This document shows, piece after piece, positions 1-10,639 of a stretch of DNA of 64,000 nucleotides. This DNA is from Candidatus Bathyarchaeia archaeon (GTDB lineage: Archaea > Thermoproteota > Bathyarchaeia > 40CM-2-53-6). Location: the NCBI GenBank assembly GCA_050013255.1, contig JBEKFP010000001.1, positions 1 to 64,000 of the forward strand, read 5' to 3'. How positions within the stretch are numbered: the stretch's first letter is position 1; each line of letters starts with the position of its first letter. The notes beneath the pieces were generated by a model. The model was given only the letters and a program-made list of their open reading frames with translations, ran no database searches and was not told the origin of the DNA. The translations under genes and the position numbers were made by a program.

Positions 1-261
1 TACCCGAGGAGAAAGAGAGACTTGAAAAGAAAGCTCACACCGTAAACCACGATACCCAACAATACTACGACAAAACCCTTCCAAGCGAACGGCACAAAAC
101 TCGGCTTAATCTTAATGTCTTGTTTCGGTTGAGCCGACAAAACCCTTCGGCGGGTAAAGCCAGAGGCTTGCTCCGATAAAGGTTTCCATTCTCCGTTTGG
201 TTTACCGGACTGTGAAAATCCGTATAGGGGAAAGGTCTACCAATTCTATGCTCATTAACTC

Positions 262-381
262 TTAAGTCCTCATGATGTTTCGGCCCGCTCGGCGTTTTCT
301 CACGGGACCGCGTCCACCAGTTGACTTAGCGGCACGCCTCTTAGCTGAAGTCATTCTGCCGCCTCTGCTTTTCTTTGCCAT
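262..381 (-). CDS. small basic protein, 39 aa (MAKKSRGGRMTSAKRRAAKSTGGRGPVRKRRAGRNIMRT)
   Basis: Hand-translated; ATG at 381 preceded by SD-like GGGGTGA; Arg/Lys-rich with no acidic residues. Confidence 0.6.
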   Translation of the reverse strand: MAKKSRGGRMTSAKRRAAKSTGGRGPVRKRRAGRNIMRT

Positions 382-424
382 TTTGAAATCACCCCTTGAA
401 TCTCTTTTTCAGGTCTTGTCTCTT

Positions 425-643
425 CTATCCTGTAGGGTTCGCTTCGTACGTGCTCATTTTTGAGCCGCATGCGGGGCAATCAGCCATTGCGTAGTCGGTT
501 CGTTGCTTATGCTCTGTGGCCACGACGGTTCTAGGGGCTTTGCATTGAAGGCAGTAGAATAGTATGGGCTGGTTCTCACGGAACTGGAACTGGGGTTTCA
601 GGTTGGCGCCGCACTGATCGCAGTAATTGCTCGAATAACTCAT
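425..643 (-). CDS. zinc-ribbon protein with DUF5679-like domain
   Basis: Three CxxC pairs; YCLQCK...CPACGSKM pattern. Confidence 0.65.
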   Translation of the reverse strand: MSYSSNYCDQCGANLKPQFQFRENQPILFYCLQCKAPRTVVATEHKQRTDYAMADCPACGSKMSTYEANPTG

Positions 644-659
644 AGCAAGGAGACTTCTA

Positions 660-812
660 TTACAATATACGACGTCCTTGAAGTAGTCTAACTATTATCA
701 CGATGATTGCGATAATGAGCAATATATGGATTAGACCTCCGCCGATACCGCCAATGAGTCCCACTAGCCAGAGAATTACGATAACCACGATTATGGCCAC
801 TAATAGGTCCAT
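660..812 (-). CDS. lmo0937-family small membrane protein, 50 aa
   Basis: Hand-translated MDLLVAIIVVIVILWLVGLIGGIGGGLIHILLIIAIIVIIVRLLQGRRIL; LWLxG...GGLIHILL...LLQGR signature. Confidence 0.85.
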   Translation of the reverse strand: MDLLVAIIVVIVILWLVGLIGGIGGGLIHILLIIAIIVIIVRLLQGRRIL

Positions 813-890
813 TAACGATTCGCCTCACGTGATATCCACGGGGTACATTTCTTACATTCTTGCATAGGTTTCAGCTTTCTTCTAGTTCAT

Positions 891-1208
891 TTAGACGTAC
901 TTTGATACTAAGCCGACTATGCCGCCTAGGAGTACGAGTATGCCACCAAGGCCGCCTCCGATTATTCCTACGACTATGAGAATAATATCCCAAGTGAGGT
1001 CGGTAGCACGTTTGGCGCCATAGATGGCAACGATGCCGAGGATGATTTCAATGATTCCCCAAAAGGCTCCACCGAGGGACCCAAGCACCGATGGCATGAA
1101 CATCATGAAAGCCATTCCCACGAAACTCAGGAGCCCTTGGATTACGAGAATTACTCCGCCTATCAAGGCGAGAATGTACGCAAGCTTCCCTAAGGAAGCT
1201 TTAGCCAT
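891..1208 (-). CDS. small glycine-rich membrane protein
   Basis: 3-4 hydrophobic helices with GxxxG motifs; GGTGGA upstream. Confidence 0.75.
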   Translation of the reverse strand: MAKASLGKLAYILALIGGVILVIQGLLSFVGMAFMMFMPSVLGSLGGAFWGIIEIILGIVAIYGAKRATDLTWDIILIVVGIIGGGLGGILVLLGGIVGLVSKYV

Positions 1209-1231
1209 CGAGAATCATCCACCTTTAGATT

Positions 1232-1492
1232 CTAAATGACGTGCAATAGGTACGGCAGGGCGAGGAAGATGATGCCGACGATGATCATTATGATGCCGAC
1301 CCATTTCGCTAGCTTGCCCGCGAAAAATACGATTACGCCTAGGATTATCACAACGATTGGGTTCAGGGTCAGCAGCCACTGGTACGCTGAATTAACCATG
1401 GAACCTGCAGTCTGATTCACACCTATTTCGTTTAGCATCCGATACAGACTTACGCCGAGTAAAGGCGCTATCATAGAATAGATCTTGCTCAT
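1232..1492 (-). CDS. small membrane protein
   Basis: Two C-terminal TM helices; TATA-like sequence upstream. Confidence 0.65.
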   Translation of the reverse strand: MSKIYSMIAPLLGVSLYRMLNEIGVNQTAGSMVNSAYQWLLTLNPIVVIILGVIVFFAGKLAKWVGIIMIIVGIIFLALPYLLHVI

Positions 1493-1529
1493 ATCAATTA
1501 ACTCAGGACCTAACAGAGTTGAACCACGC

Positions 1530-1580
1530 TTATAAGGTTATATATTTATATCGATAATGCTGAACATATATATATATCGT
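1530..1580. promoter_or_regulatory. AT-rich divergent promoter region
   Basis: TTATAAGGTTATATATTTATA and (AT)n between divergent genes. Confidence 0.5.
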
Positions 1581-1613
1581 GCTTTGCGCATATACAGTTC
1601 AGCCAGATATCCT

Positions 1614-1781
1614 TTGGGAAAAATCTACGTAGTACTCTCGGATGACGTTGAGCGCCGACTGCGATTGGCAATTGTGAAGAGGCTCGGAGGGAAGAAAGGA
1701 AACCTCAGTGGCGCGATAGAGGAAGCTGTCAATGACTGGCTAAGTAAGGACTGGTCGAAGCTTGGAAATCGTGGGACGTAA
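1614..1781 (+). CDS. ribbon-helix-helix (CopG-like) DNA-binding protein
   Basis: TTG start; KIYVVLSDDVERRLR...KKGNLSGAIEEAVNDWL matches the archaeal RHH pattern. Confidence 0.75.
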   Translation: MGKIYVVLSDDVERRLRLAIVKRLGGKKGNLSGAIEEAVNDWLSKDWSKLGNRGT

Positions 1782-1802
1782 GAAGTGGAGGTGAAGTAAG
1801 AA

Positions 1803-1970
1803 ATGTCATATGTAGTTATTGGAGGCAATCATTACGGTCACATAGCGGATTATCTGTTCGCTCCGTCGTACGGTTACAGCTACGGTTCGTATGGTTATCC
1901 ATACTATGGAGGGAACTATTACTCTCCTTGGTACGGCTACGGTTCGTACGGATATCCGTACTACCGGTGA
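1803..1970 (+). CDS. Tyr/Gly-rich microprotein, 55 aa
   Basis: Hand-translated; strong SD GGAGGTGA; YGSYGYPYY occurs twice. Confidence 0.7.
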   Translation: MSYVVIGGNHYGHIADYLFAPSYGYSYGSYGYPYYGGNYYSPWYGYGSYGYPYYR

Positions 1971-2134
1971 TCCGAGCGTCGAAACTAAACCGACTAGACC
2001 GGGCACTGATTGTGCTCGTCCTCTTTTCTCTCCTTAAATTGAAGGCATTGAAAACACAGGTTGTTAGCTCAAGAGCAGCATAAGAGTCATGGGTATCGCA
2101 TCAAAACGATACGGACCAAACAGGCTATGGGGAA

Positions 2135-2560
2135 GTGGAGGTTGTGACTCCAAGGAACAAAACTGCCGGTGTCCTGTGCATTGTGGGCGGTGCTCTTCTT
2201 GTTGTCGCAGGAACCACCGGCATGAAGCCCTTGCTGGAGGAAATCCTGAAGTACATTCAACCAACAGTTGACGCGTCCCCGATCCTCGGCACGATCTTCA
2301 TGGTGCTGATATTCATAGCCGCCCTTGGTGGAATCTCTGTCATAATAGGTGGCCTCTTGATCTTCCACGTACCAAGGATAGGAAAGCTCTTGGTAATGCT
2401 CGGTGCCGGATTAGGTCTGTTCGGTTTCATGATCCCCATGAGCCTCGCTTGGCACCAAGGAATACCAATCAATGAATTGTTCAAAGGATACGTCTCATCG
2501 ACGTGGGGGTACGTGCTGGGCATCATGCTTACGATAACTGGTCGCCTCATCGCGAAGTAA
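2135..2560 (+). CDS. 4-TM membrane protein
   Basis: Four hydrophobic Gly-rich segments. Confidence 0.7.
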   Translation: MEVVTPRNKTAGVLCIVGGALLVVAGTTGMKPLLEEILKYIQPTVDASPILGTIFMVLIFIAALGGISVIIGGLLIFHVPRIGKLLVMLGAGLGLFGFMIPMSLAWHQGIPINELFKGYVSSTWGYVLGIMLTITGRLIAK

Positions 2561-2727
2561 ATCATGGCACACGTGGTCGCGCGCCAACCACCATCTGCCC
2601 AACCTGCTGCTGAATCATTCTGCTTCCAAGTAGACTTTCTCTTGGGAGCTGAGAGCCCGGTCCGCAGGCTGATGCCATCGGGTCTCGGTTGCGTTTTCGC
2701 GGTCTTCGGCGTATCAGGATAGGGTGG

Positions 2728-4380
2728 TTACATCATGCCTGGAGGCATTCCGCCGGGCATGCCTCCCGGCATTCCGCCTCCTGGGGGACCGCCTTCCTTC
2801 GTGCCTTTTGAAGAGAGGATGTCATCTATTCGCAGGAGCATGCAGGCGGCTTCTGTGGCTGATTTGACGGCTTGCTGTTTCACCCTGAGCGGTTCGACAA
2901 TGTTATCCGCGAGCATATCAGCGATCTTGCCGGTCTTGACTTGGACGCCAAACCATTTGTTTTCCGGGTCCGCGTGTTTCGATCTAAGTTCGACCATTAT
3001 GTCGATTGGGTCGAGTCCGCTGTTTTCAGCGATTGTGAGGGGGATGGCTTCCAGTGCTTCGGCGTAGGCTTCGATGGCGAGTTGTTCGCGGCCTCCCACT
3101 TTTAGAGCGTAGTCGCGAAGTTGCTTGGCTGTTTCAGCTTCGGGGGCTCCTCCACCGGCTACGATCTTGTGATCCTCAACGGCGTTTCTAACTACGCAGA
3201 GGGCGTCGTGGAAGGAGCGCTCAGCTTCGTCGACAACATGATCGGAACCGCCTCTGATCATCACGGTGACCGAGTGAGGGTCTTTGCATTCGCGGACGTA
3301 GATGAGTTTGTCGTCTCCAATCTTCAGTTCTTCGACGAGTTTTGCTTCACCGAGCCCTTCGGAGGGTATGTCTTTGGTGCTGGCTTGTATGGTTCCGCCG
3401 GTGGCTTTGGCGAGTTTCTCCATGTCACCGCTGCTGACGTTCTTAATCGCCATTATGTTCTTCTTGGCGAGGAAGTGTAGCGCCATGTCGTCAATGCCCT
3501 TCTCACAGAAGATCACGTTGGCTCCACTTTTTGCTACCTTCTCGGTCATTTCGCGGAGCATTGATTCTTCTTCGTCGAGGAAGCCTTTCATTTGATCTGG
3601 GGAATTAATGTTAATCTTAGCATCGAACTCGGTTTTCTCAATTTCGAGTTTCGCGTTGAGTAGGGCGATCTTTGCGTTTCTCACTTGTTTTGGCATTTGG
3701 GGGTGTGCGATCTCTTTGTCGACGACGATGCCTTTGACGAGTTCGCTTTGCTCCATGCTCTCGCCCTTTTTCTTCAAAACCTTGATTCGGTCGATGTCAG
3801 CGGTGATCTTGCCCTCTCTCTCTTCCATGACCTGACGGATGGCTTTCGTGGCTAGTGTTCCGAGGTGTTCGCTCGTTCCTGCAGTTGCCTTTGTGCCCAT
3901 CGAGGTCATTGCGACAAGTTTTAGCATCTTTTCGTCGTCAGGTTGTATGTCAATTGATAGGTTTCGGAGGATCTCCAAAGCTTTCTCTGCAGCCTTCTTG
4001 TAACCTTCAACGATGACGGTCGGGTGGACTTCTTGGTCAAGAAGCTTCTCCGCCTTTGTTAGGAGTTCGCCTGCGAGAACGACGACGGTGGTCGTGCCAT
4101 CGCCCACCTCGCTGTCTTGGCTTTTCGCTACCTCAACAAGCATCTTGGCGGCGGGATGTTGAACATCCATCTCCTTCAGTATGGTGGCTCCGTCGTTTGT
4201 TATGACTACATCACCCATGCCACTCACCAACATTTTGTCCATCCCTTGCGGGCCGAGCGTGGTCTTGATGGTTTCAGTGATGACTTTCGCGGCGAGTATG
4301 TTGTTTCGCTGCGCATCCTTTCCAGTTGTTCGTTGAGAACCTTCTCTCAGAATCATAACTTGCATTCCTTGTCCGGACAT
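2728..4380 (-). CDS. ths: thermosome (group II chaperonin) subunit with GGM tail
   Basis: [27 protein letters not shown]; C-terminal [11 protein letters not shown]. Confidence 0.97.
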   Translation of the reverse strand: MSGQGMQVMILREGSQRTTGKDAQRNNILAAKVITETIKTTLGPQGMDKMLVSGMGDVVITNDGATILKEMDVQHPAAKMLVEVAKSQDSEVGDGTTTVVVLAGELLTKAEKLLDQEVHPTVIVEGYKKAAEKALEILRNLSIDIQPDDEKMLKLVAMTSMGTKATAGTSEHLGTLATKAIRQVMEEREGKITADIDRIKVLKKKGESMEQSELVKGIVVDKEIAHPQMPKQVRNAKIALLNAKLEIEKTEFDAKININSPDQMKGFLDEEESMLREMTEKVAKSGANVIFCEKGIDDMALHFLAKKNIMAIKNVSSGDMEKLAKATGGTIQASTKDIPSEGLGEAKLVEELKIGDDKLIYVRECKDPHSVTVMIRGGSDHVVDEAERSFHDALCVVRNAVEDHKIVAGGGAPEAETAKQLRDYALKVGGREQLAIEAYAEALEAIPLTIAENSGLDPIDIMVELRSKHADPENKWFGVQVKTGKIADMLADNIVEPLRVKQQAVKSATEAACMLLRIDDILSSKGTKEGGPPGGGMPGGMPGGMPPGMM

Positions 4381-4642
4381 ATTCGATCATCAGACTTGTT
4401 ACCTAAGGTAAGGCCTCTTACATAAAACCTCATCCTCTTGCACCCCCTACGTCTGCGGGTCTTTCGCTTGACTGCTAACTGTCGGGACTCGGAGGAGTAG
4501 TCCGATCGCGTGCCTAATTTCTCGAATCTTTTCCGTAGAAACGGGTTCTTTTGTTCAGAGGTTTGCGTCCTCTTTTTATTGATAGTATTCTCTTAAGGAT
4601 TCATACTGTTGACAAGCTGTATTGATTGGTGATTCTGGACGA

Positions 4643-6370
4643 ATGAGTGAACGAATTGCCAAGCGACATTTCCCTGAGCAATGGAGCCACATCTCGGCAG
4701 GACTCGGACCGTACGAGAGCGTTGTCAACTCTTCGCTGATTGCAATGGCCGAGAAGAGGATTCTCCACCGCATTTGGGCTCATGATTTCACAGTCTGGAA
4801 GCCCGTACCAACCGAGATCAGTAATCGGCTAGGATGGCTACACACCGCCGAGATAATGGAGGAAATTGTGCCTCACTTGAACGAATTCGTGGCGGAGATA
4901 AGAAAGGCTGGGTACAAAGATGCGTTGCTTCTAGGGATGGGAGGTTCCAGCCTAGCTCCACGAGTATTCTTGAAAACCTTCGGCCGTAAAGAGGATTACC
5001 CAAGGCTTAGTGTTCTCGACACTGTCGATTCCGACGCCATAGCAGCCCAATCAAAGCTCCTGGATCCTGCTGACACACTCTACATCGTCTCAAGCAAGTC
5101 CGGCGGGACAGTTGAAACGCTCTCTCTCATGAAGTACTTCTATCGCAATGAAGTATTCTCTGCAGGAAAGGAAGACGCAGGCAATCATTTCGTAGCCATA
5201 ACAGATCCAAAAAGCCCACTCGAACAGATAGCTGACCACAATCATTTCCGAACGAAGTTCCTGAACGATCCTAACATTGGAGGCCGTTATTCGGCACTAT
5301 CATACTTCGGACTTGTCCCAGCCGCACTACTGGGAATAGACCTCGTTAGACTCCTGGATCAGGCTATCACAGCAATGCACGCTTGTGAAACATCCGTAAA
5401 CATAAGGGAAAATCCGGGCGCTCGGCTTGGAGCAATTCTCGGCGAACTGGCAAAGGTTGGAAGAAACAAGGTTACGCTGATCACTTCCCCCAAAATAGCC
5501 AGCTTCGGAGACTGGGTAGAACAACTAATCGCTGAAAGCACCGGCAAAGAAGGGAAAGGCTTAGTCCCAGTTATCGGAGAGCCCGTCGGGCCGCCTGAAG
5601 TCTACGGTAACGACAGGCTCTTCGTGTATATGCGTCTAGAAGGTGATCTGGAGTACGATAATGCGGTCACTAGGCTTGAGGAAACAGGCCAACCTGTCGT
5701 TCGCTTACAGTTGCACGACCTGTACGAGCTGGGCCGACAGTTTTTCCTTTGGGAAATGGCGGTGGCAGTTACCGGTTACGTAATCGGAACAAATCCCTTC
5801 GATCAACCGAACGTGGAAATCGCTAAAGCATTGGCCAGAAAAATGGTTTCAGACTTCGCCTCAAACGGATCTTTACCCGTAAAGGAACCAGACCTATTCG
5901 CAGGGGACATCCTCGTTTACGGTAACATACACGGAAAGGCCCTAAACGAAATCCTGCGTGAGTTCTTAACCCAGACCAAGTCAGGGGCTTATGTCGCAAT
6001 CCAAGCATATTTAGAACCAAGTCACGAGACGGACAAGGTCTTGCTAGAAATACGGAGGAAGATACGTGACCGATACAGGCTAGCTACGACTCTTGGCTAC
6101 GGTCCTCGCTACCTGCACTCAACTGGTCAACTCCACAAGGGCGACGCCGGGCACGGGCTTTTTATTCAGATAACCGCGGGAGACTCGGAAGATATGGAAA
6201 TACCAGACGACATAGAGTCCCCAGCTTCATCCATTACTTTCTCACTTCTGAAACAGGCCGAGGCGCTTGGAGATAACCAAGCTCTTGTAGAAGCAGGCAG
6301 ACGAATTGTCAGATTCCATCTAGCCAATGTCCCCAACGGACTCAACAAACTGAACGAGGCACTGACGTGA
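4643..6370 (+). CDS. pgi: glucose-6-phosphate isomerase, bacterial Tal-Pgi type PGI domain
   Basis: GMGGSSL, SSKSGGTVET, IGGRYSALS, QLIAESTGKEG, NPFDQPNVE, GPRYLHSTGQLHKG. Confidence 0.9.
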   Translation: MSERIAKRHFPEQWSHISAGLGPYESVVNSSLIAMAEKRILHRIWAHDFTVWKPVPTEISNRLGWLHTAEIMEEIVPHLNEFVAEIRKAGYKDALLLGMGGSSLAPRVFLKTFGRKEDYPRLSVLDTVDSDAIAAQSKLLDPADTLYIVSSKSGGTVETLSLMKYFYRNEVFSAGKEDAGNHFVAITDPKSPLEQIADHNHFRTKFLNDPNIGGRYSALSYFGLVPAALLGIDLVRLLDQAITAMHACETSVNIRENPGARLGAILGELAKVGRNKVTLITSPKIASFGDWVEQLIAESTGKEGKGLVPVIGEPVGPPEVYGNDRLFVYMRLEGDLEYDNAVTRLEETGQPVVRLQLHDLYELGRQFFLWEMAVAVTGYVIGTNPFDQPNVEIAKALARKMVSDFASNGSLPVKEPDLFAGDILVYGNIHGKALNEILREFLTQTKSGAYVAIQAYLEPSHETDKVLLEIRRKIRDRYRLATTLGYGPRYLHSTGQLHKGDAGHGLFIQITAGDSEDMEIPDDIESPASSITFSLLKQAEALGDNQALVEAGRRIVRFHLANVPNGLNKLNEALT

Positions 6371-6474
6371 CAATAGTGACCGCAGAAGGATTGCCGATGA
6401 GCAGGCTTCCAAACCATGCCAAGCACATTATCCATAAGTATCCCTCGAAGCAGATTGTTTCGCGGCTGAATTAG

Positions 6475-6837
6475 TTGAGGCATGTCAACAAACCCTGGGG
6501 ATCGTTCGACCAATATACCTTGAACGAAAGCTCGACTGTGAAGATACTTACCATTGACCCCGGTGCAAGCACAAGCCTACAATCACACACGCACAGGAAG
6601 GAGTTCTGGGTGGCTCTCGACGAAGGGCTACATGTCCAGATCGGAAAGAGGAAGATTTCTCTACGGAAAGGATCGAGCATCGTTGTAAAGAAAGGAGTAA
6701 AACATCGACTCCGTTGTAAGGGAAGATCGAAAGTTCGGCTGCTGGAAATCTCTTTTGGAAATTTCTCTGAAAACGACATCGAGAGGTACGAGGACGACTA
6801 CGGGCGCATGACCCAAAACCTATCCCGCAGGCGGTAA
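6475..6837 (+). CDS. cupin, type II phosphomannose isomerase C-terminal-like
   Basis: KPWG, SLQSHTHRKEFW, HRL, EISFG, ENDIERYEDDYGR. Confidence 0.85.
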   Translation: MRHVNKPWGSFDQYTLNESSTVKILTIDPGASTSLQSHTHRKEFWVALDEGLHVQIGKRKISLRKGSSIVVKKGVKHRLRCKGRSKVRLLEISFGNFSENDIERYEDDYGRMTQNLSRRR

Positions 6838-7012
6838 ATACCCCACTCAGGATATCTGAACGTTCGCCGCAGCATGACCGAATAACACGGCTTATTTCTC
6901 GTGTCGCGGCGCTCGAAGCAACCCTTGGTTTTAGTCGTGAGCCCTCGTCGTTTTCCTTCTCTTTCTTCTTCTCGTCTTATTCTCTTGAGTTTGAGGCAAT
7001 TATCTCACGCAG

Positions 7013-7168
7013 CTAGGAATTTGCGATTCTTGTTCGTAATTCCTTTTTGTCATAGGATTTAGTAGCCCTCGTTATGTTCTTTTCTTGTTTTCTCTCTTCT
7101 CTCCTCTCTTCCTTTTTGCGGCTGGTCCTTCTCATTCTTCTGACTCTACGTCTCTCCTTTCCTTTCAC
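7013..7168 (-). CDS. possible highly charged microprotein, 51 aa
   Basis: Hand-translated MKGKERRRVRRMRRTSRKKEERREERKQEK...; low complexity, GTG start. Confidence 0.3.
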   Translation of the reverse strand: MKGKERRRVRRMRRTSRKKEERREERKQEKNITRATKSYDKKELRTRIANS

Positions 7169-7261
7169 AGCCGATCCCACACTAGCTACTGCTAAGAACC
7201 TCTTTCGTCAAATCGAGGTCTCACGAAATTAAAGCAGGCGTGCGAATAGAACCTTTCCTAT

Positions 7262-7459
7262 TTAGTTCCAGGAGTATAAGTGGTCAGGCCAGACGACCCA
7301 AAGCATGCTATAGGCGAAGGATCCGCTGATATCTGCGCCATAGTTACCTGGGTCCATGTAAGCTACGCTCACCATCAGTGAGGGACCGAAGTAATTCCAC
7401 AAATCACGCCGGAAACTACTCGACCATATGGATGACTTTACAGTCTCTAAGCCCTGCAC
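7262..7459 (-). pseudogene. mntH: N-terminal fragment of NRAMP/MntH metal transporter
   Basis: FGPSLMVSVAYMDPGNYG...YSMLWVVW is NRAMP TM1 (DPGN); stops after 65 aa. Confidence 0.8.
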
Positions 7460-8008
7460 TTCTCCGGCATTCTTTCAGCGCTCGAATTACCCAAGACACG
7501 TCAGACCTAGATACAAAGGTTACAGACGAAGAGGATCTTAGGAAACAATCGGAGACCAGAATTGTCGATGGCGAGGATTATCCCCGATGGCATGACGGAA
7601 GCAGAATCCTGTGCTTTGCAAATCGATAACAGGAAAAGCTCTTCAGTTCGCAGCATGTTACTGAATCTGGTGGAAGGGGTTTTGGTTTGACGAGACCTGA
7701 ATGGCAGAAGAAACGAAAGAAAATGGCCAGTAGAGCGGGTCAAGCGAGTGGCAGGGCGCGGTAGACTTTGACGCAAGTTGGGAAGGGCTTTGAAGACCGA
7801 TTATGCCCCAGCTGCCATCAATCAAACTCTACCGCTGTCGAACATGCGGGAAATGCAACAAGTGCTGCAATTGTAGCTCAAACACTAACCGCTTGGACAC
7901 CGAGGCAGGTTAGTTCACAATCTATCAATCAATTTCGAGCGAATTCAACAGCCGTAGAGTAGTTTTTTCTGCATTCCATCGAAGAGCGGCCCGTCTATAA
8001 TTCTGCTT

Positions 8009-8227
8009 TCATGGGGACTTTTTCTTGGGTTTCTTGACCTTCAGCTGTGTCCCTTCCCGTTCACGCTCTTCTTCGCCCTGCTCCAGTCTATCCTCGTCCC
8101 TTTCCTCTTCGGCACTCTCATCAGCGCCTTCGCGTTCCAGCTCTTCCTTATCATCCTGCTCTCGCTGATCTTCTTCCTGCGTTTCCTCACGCTGCTTTTC
8201 CTCTTCTTCGTCGGACTCTTCACTCAA
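8009..8227 (-). CDS. acidic low-complexity protein with basic C-terminus
   Basis: E/D/R-rich; GGAGGCGA upstream of TTG. Confidence 0.55.
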   Translation of the reverse strand: MSEESDEEEEKQREETQEEDQREQDDKEELEREGADESAEEERDEDRLEQGEEEREREGTQLKVKKPKKKSP

Positions 8228-8499
8228 TCGTATCGCCTCCGCCGCATTCTTCTATCTTATTCACGAGTGCTCTATCATTAATGGCCTTTTCTTGGGGTCT
8301 TTTTGCCACTAGGCGCAAAGACGAGTCGGCGCTCGGATCCGTCCGAATCCCACTCCCCGCACCAGACGCTCCCAGTATCTTCCGGCCAGATGTTGAGTAT
8401 GCAAAGAGCATTTGATCCCCACACACAAGACATACGGCTGATCCCCATCCAGAACATAAGCCCGAAATACCTATTCCGCGCAAGTATGCTGACCAAACA

Positions 8500-8703
8500 T
8501 TGGAAGTTCATGACGGCATTGTAAGCAGGCTAATTGAGCAGAGGGAAAGACTGAAGGGCAACGAGAGCTGCCCGAGATGCGGCCATTACAATCTGGAACT
8601 CAAGGTTCTGCTCGACGAAATTGACAAATTGTCCAAGTTACAAAACGAAGCATCCAAAAAACGCATAAAGCACATGAGAGAATCCGATGAAGCGCGCAGT
8701 TGA
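8500..8703 (+). CDS. hypothetical small protein with CxxC
   Basis: CPRCG followed by a helical segment. Confidence 0.4.
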   Translation: MEVHDGIVSRLIEQRERLKGNESCPRCGHYNLELKVLLDEIDKLSKLQNEASKKRIKHMRESDEARS

Positions 8704-8854
8704 TAGAACCTAATTGACGCTATTGCGAAAATAATAGTGAAGGTCATTAGTCATTTATTCTACTTCAATGGTCGTTAGGTCTTGCCATGAGTGAGCAACG
8801 CCGTCACTCACGTTGGTTCTTTGAGAAAAGACTATTGAACTTAGGAGAATCATC

Positions 8855-10639
8855 ATGAGCCACGAGCCCCAGAACTATGGAATCGAGCGGCCTTTACTGG
8901 AATGGGTAGCTGCTATTGCTAAGATAACTAAACCGGATGGCATAGTCTGGTGTGATGGGTCTGATGAAGAATTTCAATCTCTTATCAAACTGATGACCGC
9001 AGATGGGACACTGATTAAGCTCAACCAGGAAAAATATCCCAACTGCTATCTGCACAGAAGCAACCCGAACGACGTCGCCAGAACCGAAGAAGCGACCTTC
9101 ATCTGCACAAAGAACAGAGAGGACGTGGGTCCCACAAATAATTGGATGTCTTCTGATGAAGGTGAAGCAAAGTTACTGAGGCTTTTTGACGGTTGCATGA
9201 TAGGGCGAACAATGTATGTTATCCCATACCTGCTGGGACCTTTAGGTTCGCCTTATTCTCAAGTCGGAATTGAACTCACCGATAGTTGCTACGTCGCTGC
9301 GAATATGGAAATTATGACGAAAGTCGGCAAGGTTGTGTTAGAGCACATGAAGGACGGCGAATTTGTGAAGGGCATACATTCGACCGGCCAGTTGGATCCC
9401 GATAGAAGGTACATTTGTCATTTCCCGGATAAGAAACTCATAATGAGTTTGAACTCGAATTATGGAGGAAACGCCCTCCTCGGCAAGAAATGCCACTCCC
9501 TTAGGATCGCGAGCGTGATGGCGAGAGATCAAGGGTGGCTGGCGGAACACATGCTAATCATAGGAATAGAAGACCCAGACGGCACAGTGACTTATGTGAC
9601 CGGAGCGTTTCCCAGCGCCAGCGGTAAAACTAACCTCGCTATGCTCAAACCGCCAGAATACATGAAGGACTGGAAGGTCTGGGCGGTAAGCGACGACATA
9701 GCTTGGATACACCTAGATTCCGAAGGCAGGTTCAGAGCAATCAACCCTGAGAGTGGATTCTTCGCGGTGGCGCCTAACACCAACGTCAAGACGAACCCCA
9801 GAATAATGGAAACGGTGAAGAAGAACACAATATTCACAAATGTCGCCTTGGCGATGGACGGAACTCCATGGTGGGAAGGCATGGGCGACCATCCCAGAAA
9901 ACTTTGGGATTGGCAAGGAAGAGTATGGACAGCCGGCAAGGGAAGCGCTGCCCATCCAAACTCAAGGTTCACAACTTCAATCAATCAATACCGATTCCTA
10001 TCTACGGAGTACACAAATCCGAATGGTGTTCCAATCACGGCCATTATTTTCGGTGGAAGAAGGTCAGATCTTGTTCCGTTAGTTCACGAATCATTCAGCT
10101 GGGAACACGGCGTCCTAATGGGCGCCATGCTTAGAGTAGAAACTACAGCCGCCGCTGGAGGGGAGGTTGGGGTTCTAAGATACGATCCCATGGCGATGAA
10201 ACCATTCTGCGGATACCACATCGCCGATTACTTCAGACATTGGCTTTCGTTTCGATCAAAAAGCGAAAAACCCCCGAAAATATTCCAGATGAATGCATTC
10301 AGAATGGGACGAGATGGAAGATTCCTCTGGCCAGGGTATGGCCACAATCTCGTCGTTCTCAAGTGGATAGTCGACCGTTGTAGAGGTAGAGCTGATGCAG
10401 TTGAAACGCCGATTGGCTACGTTCCGACCCCTGAATCGCTCAACCTGAACGAGATCAATCTTCCGAGAAGCACAATTGAAGAGTTGCTACATGTCAATAA
10501 CACAGCGTGGATGGACGAACTCGAATCCTCCTGGATGTTCTTCAAAACTCTGGGAGAACAATTTCCTGACGTATTGTGGCAGGAACTTTCGAAATTAACA
10601 GATAGATTACGAGATCCGAGCTTAGCAAATCATCACTAA
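8855..10639 (+). CDS. pckG: phosphoenolpyruvate carboxykinase (GTP)
   Basis: YGGNALLGKKC, GWLAEHM, AFPSASGKTNLAM, DDIAW, AHPNSRF, DPMAMKPFCGY. Confidence 0.96.
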   Translation: MSHEPQNYGIERPLLEWVAAIAKITKPDGIVWCDGSDEEFQSLIKLMTADGTLIKLNQEKYPNCYLHRSNPNDVARTEEATFICTKNREDVGPTNNWMSSDEGEAKLLRLFDGCMIGRTMYVIPYLLGPLGSPYSQVGIELTDSCYVAANMEIMTKVGKVVLEHMKDGEFVKGIHSTGQLDPDRRYICHFPDKKLIMSLNSNYGGNALLGKKCHSLRIASVMARDQGWLAEHMLIIGIEDPDGTVTYVTGAFPSASGKTNLAMLKPPEYMKDWKVWAVSDDIAWIHLDSEGRFRAINPESGFFAVAPNTNVKTNPRIMETVKKNTIFTNVALAMDGTPWWEGMGDHPRKLWDWQGRVWTAGKGSAAHPNSRFTTSINQYRFLSTEYTNPNGVPITAIIFGGRRSDLVPLVHESFSWEHGVLMGAMLRVETTAAAGGEVGVLRYDPMAMKPFCGYHIADYFRHWLSFRSKSEKPPKIFQMNAFRMGRDGRFLWPGYGHNLVVLKWIVDRCRGRADAVETPIGYVPTPESLNLNEINLPRSTIEELLHVNNTAWMDELESSWMFFKTLGEQFPDVLWQELSKLTDRLRDPSLANHH

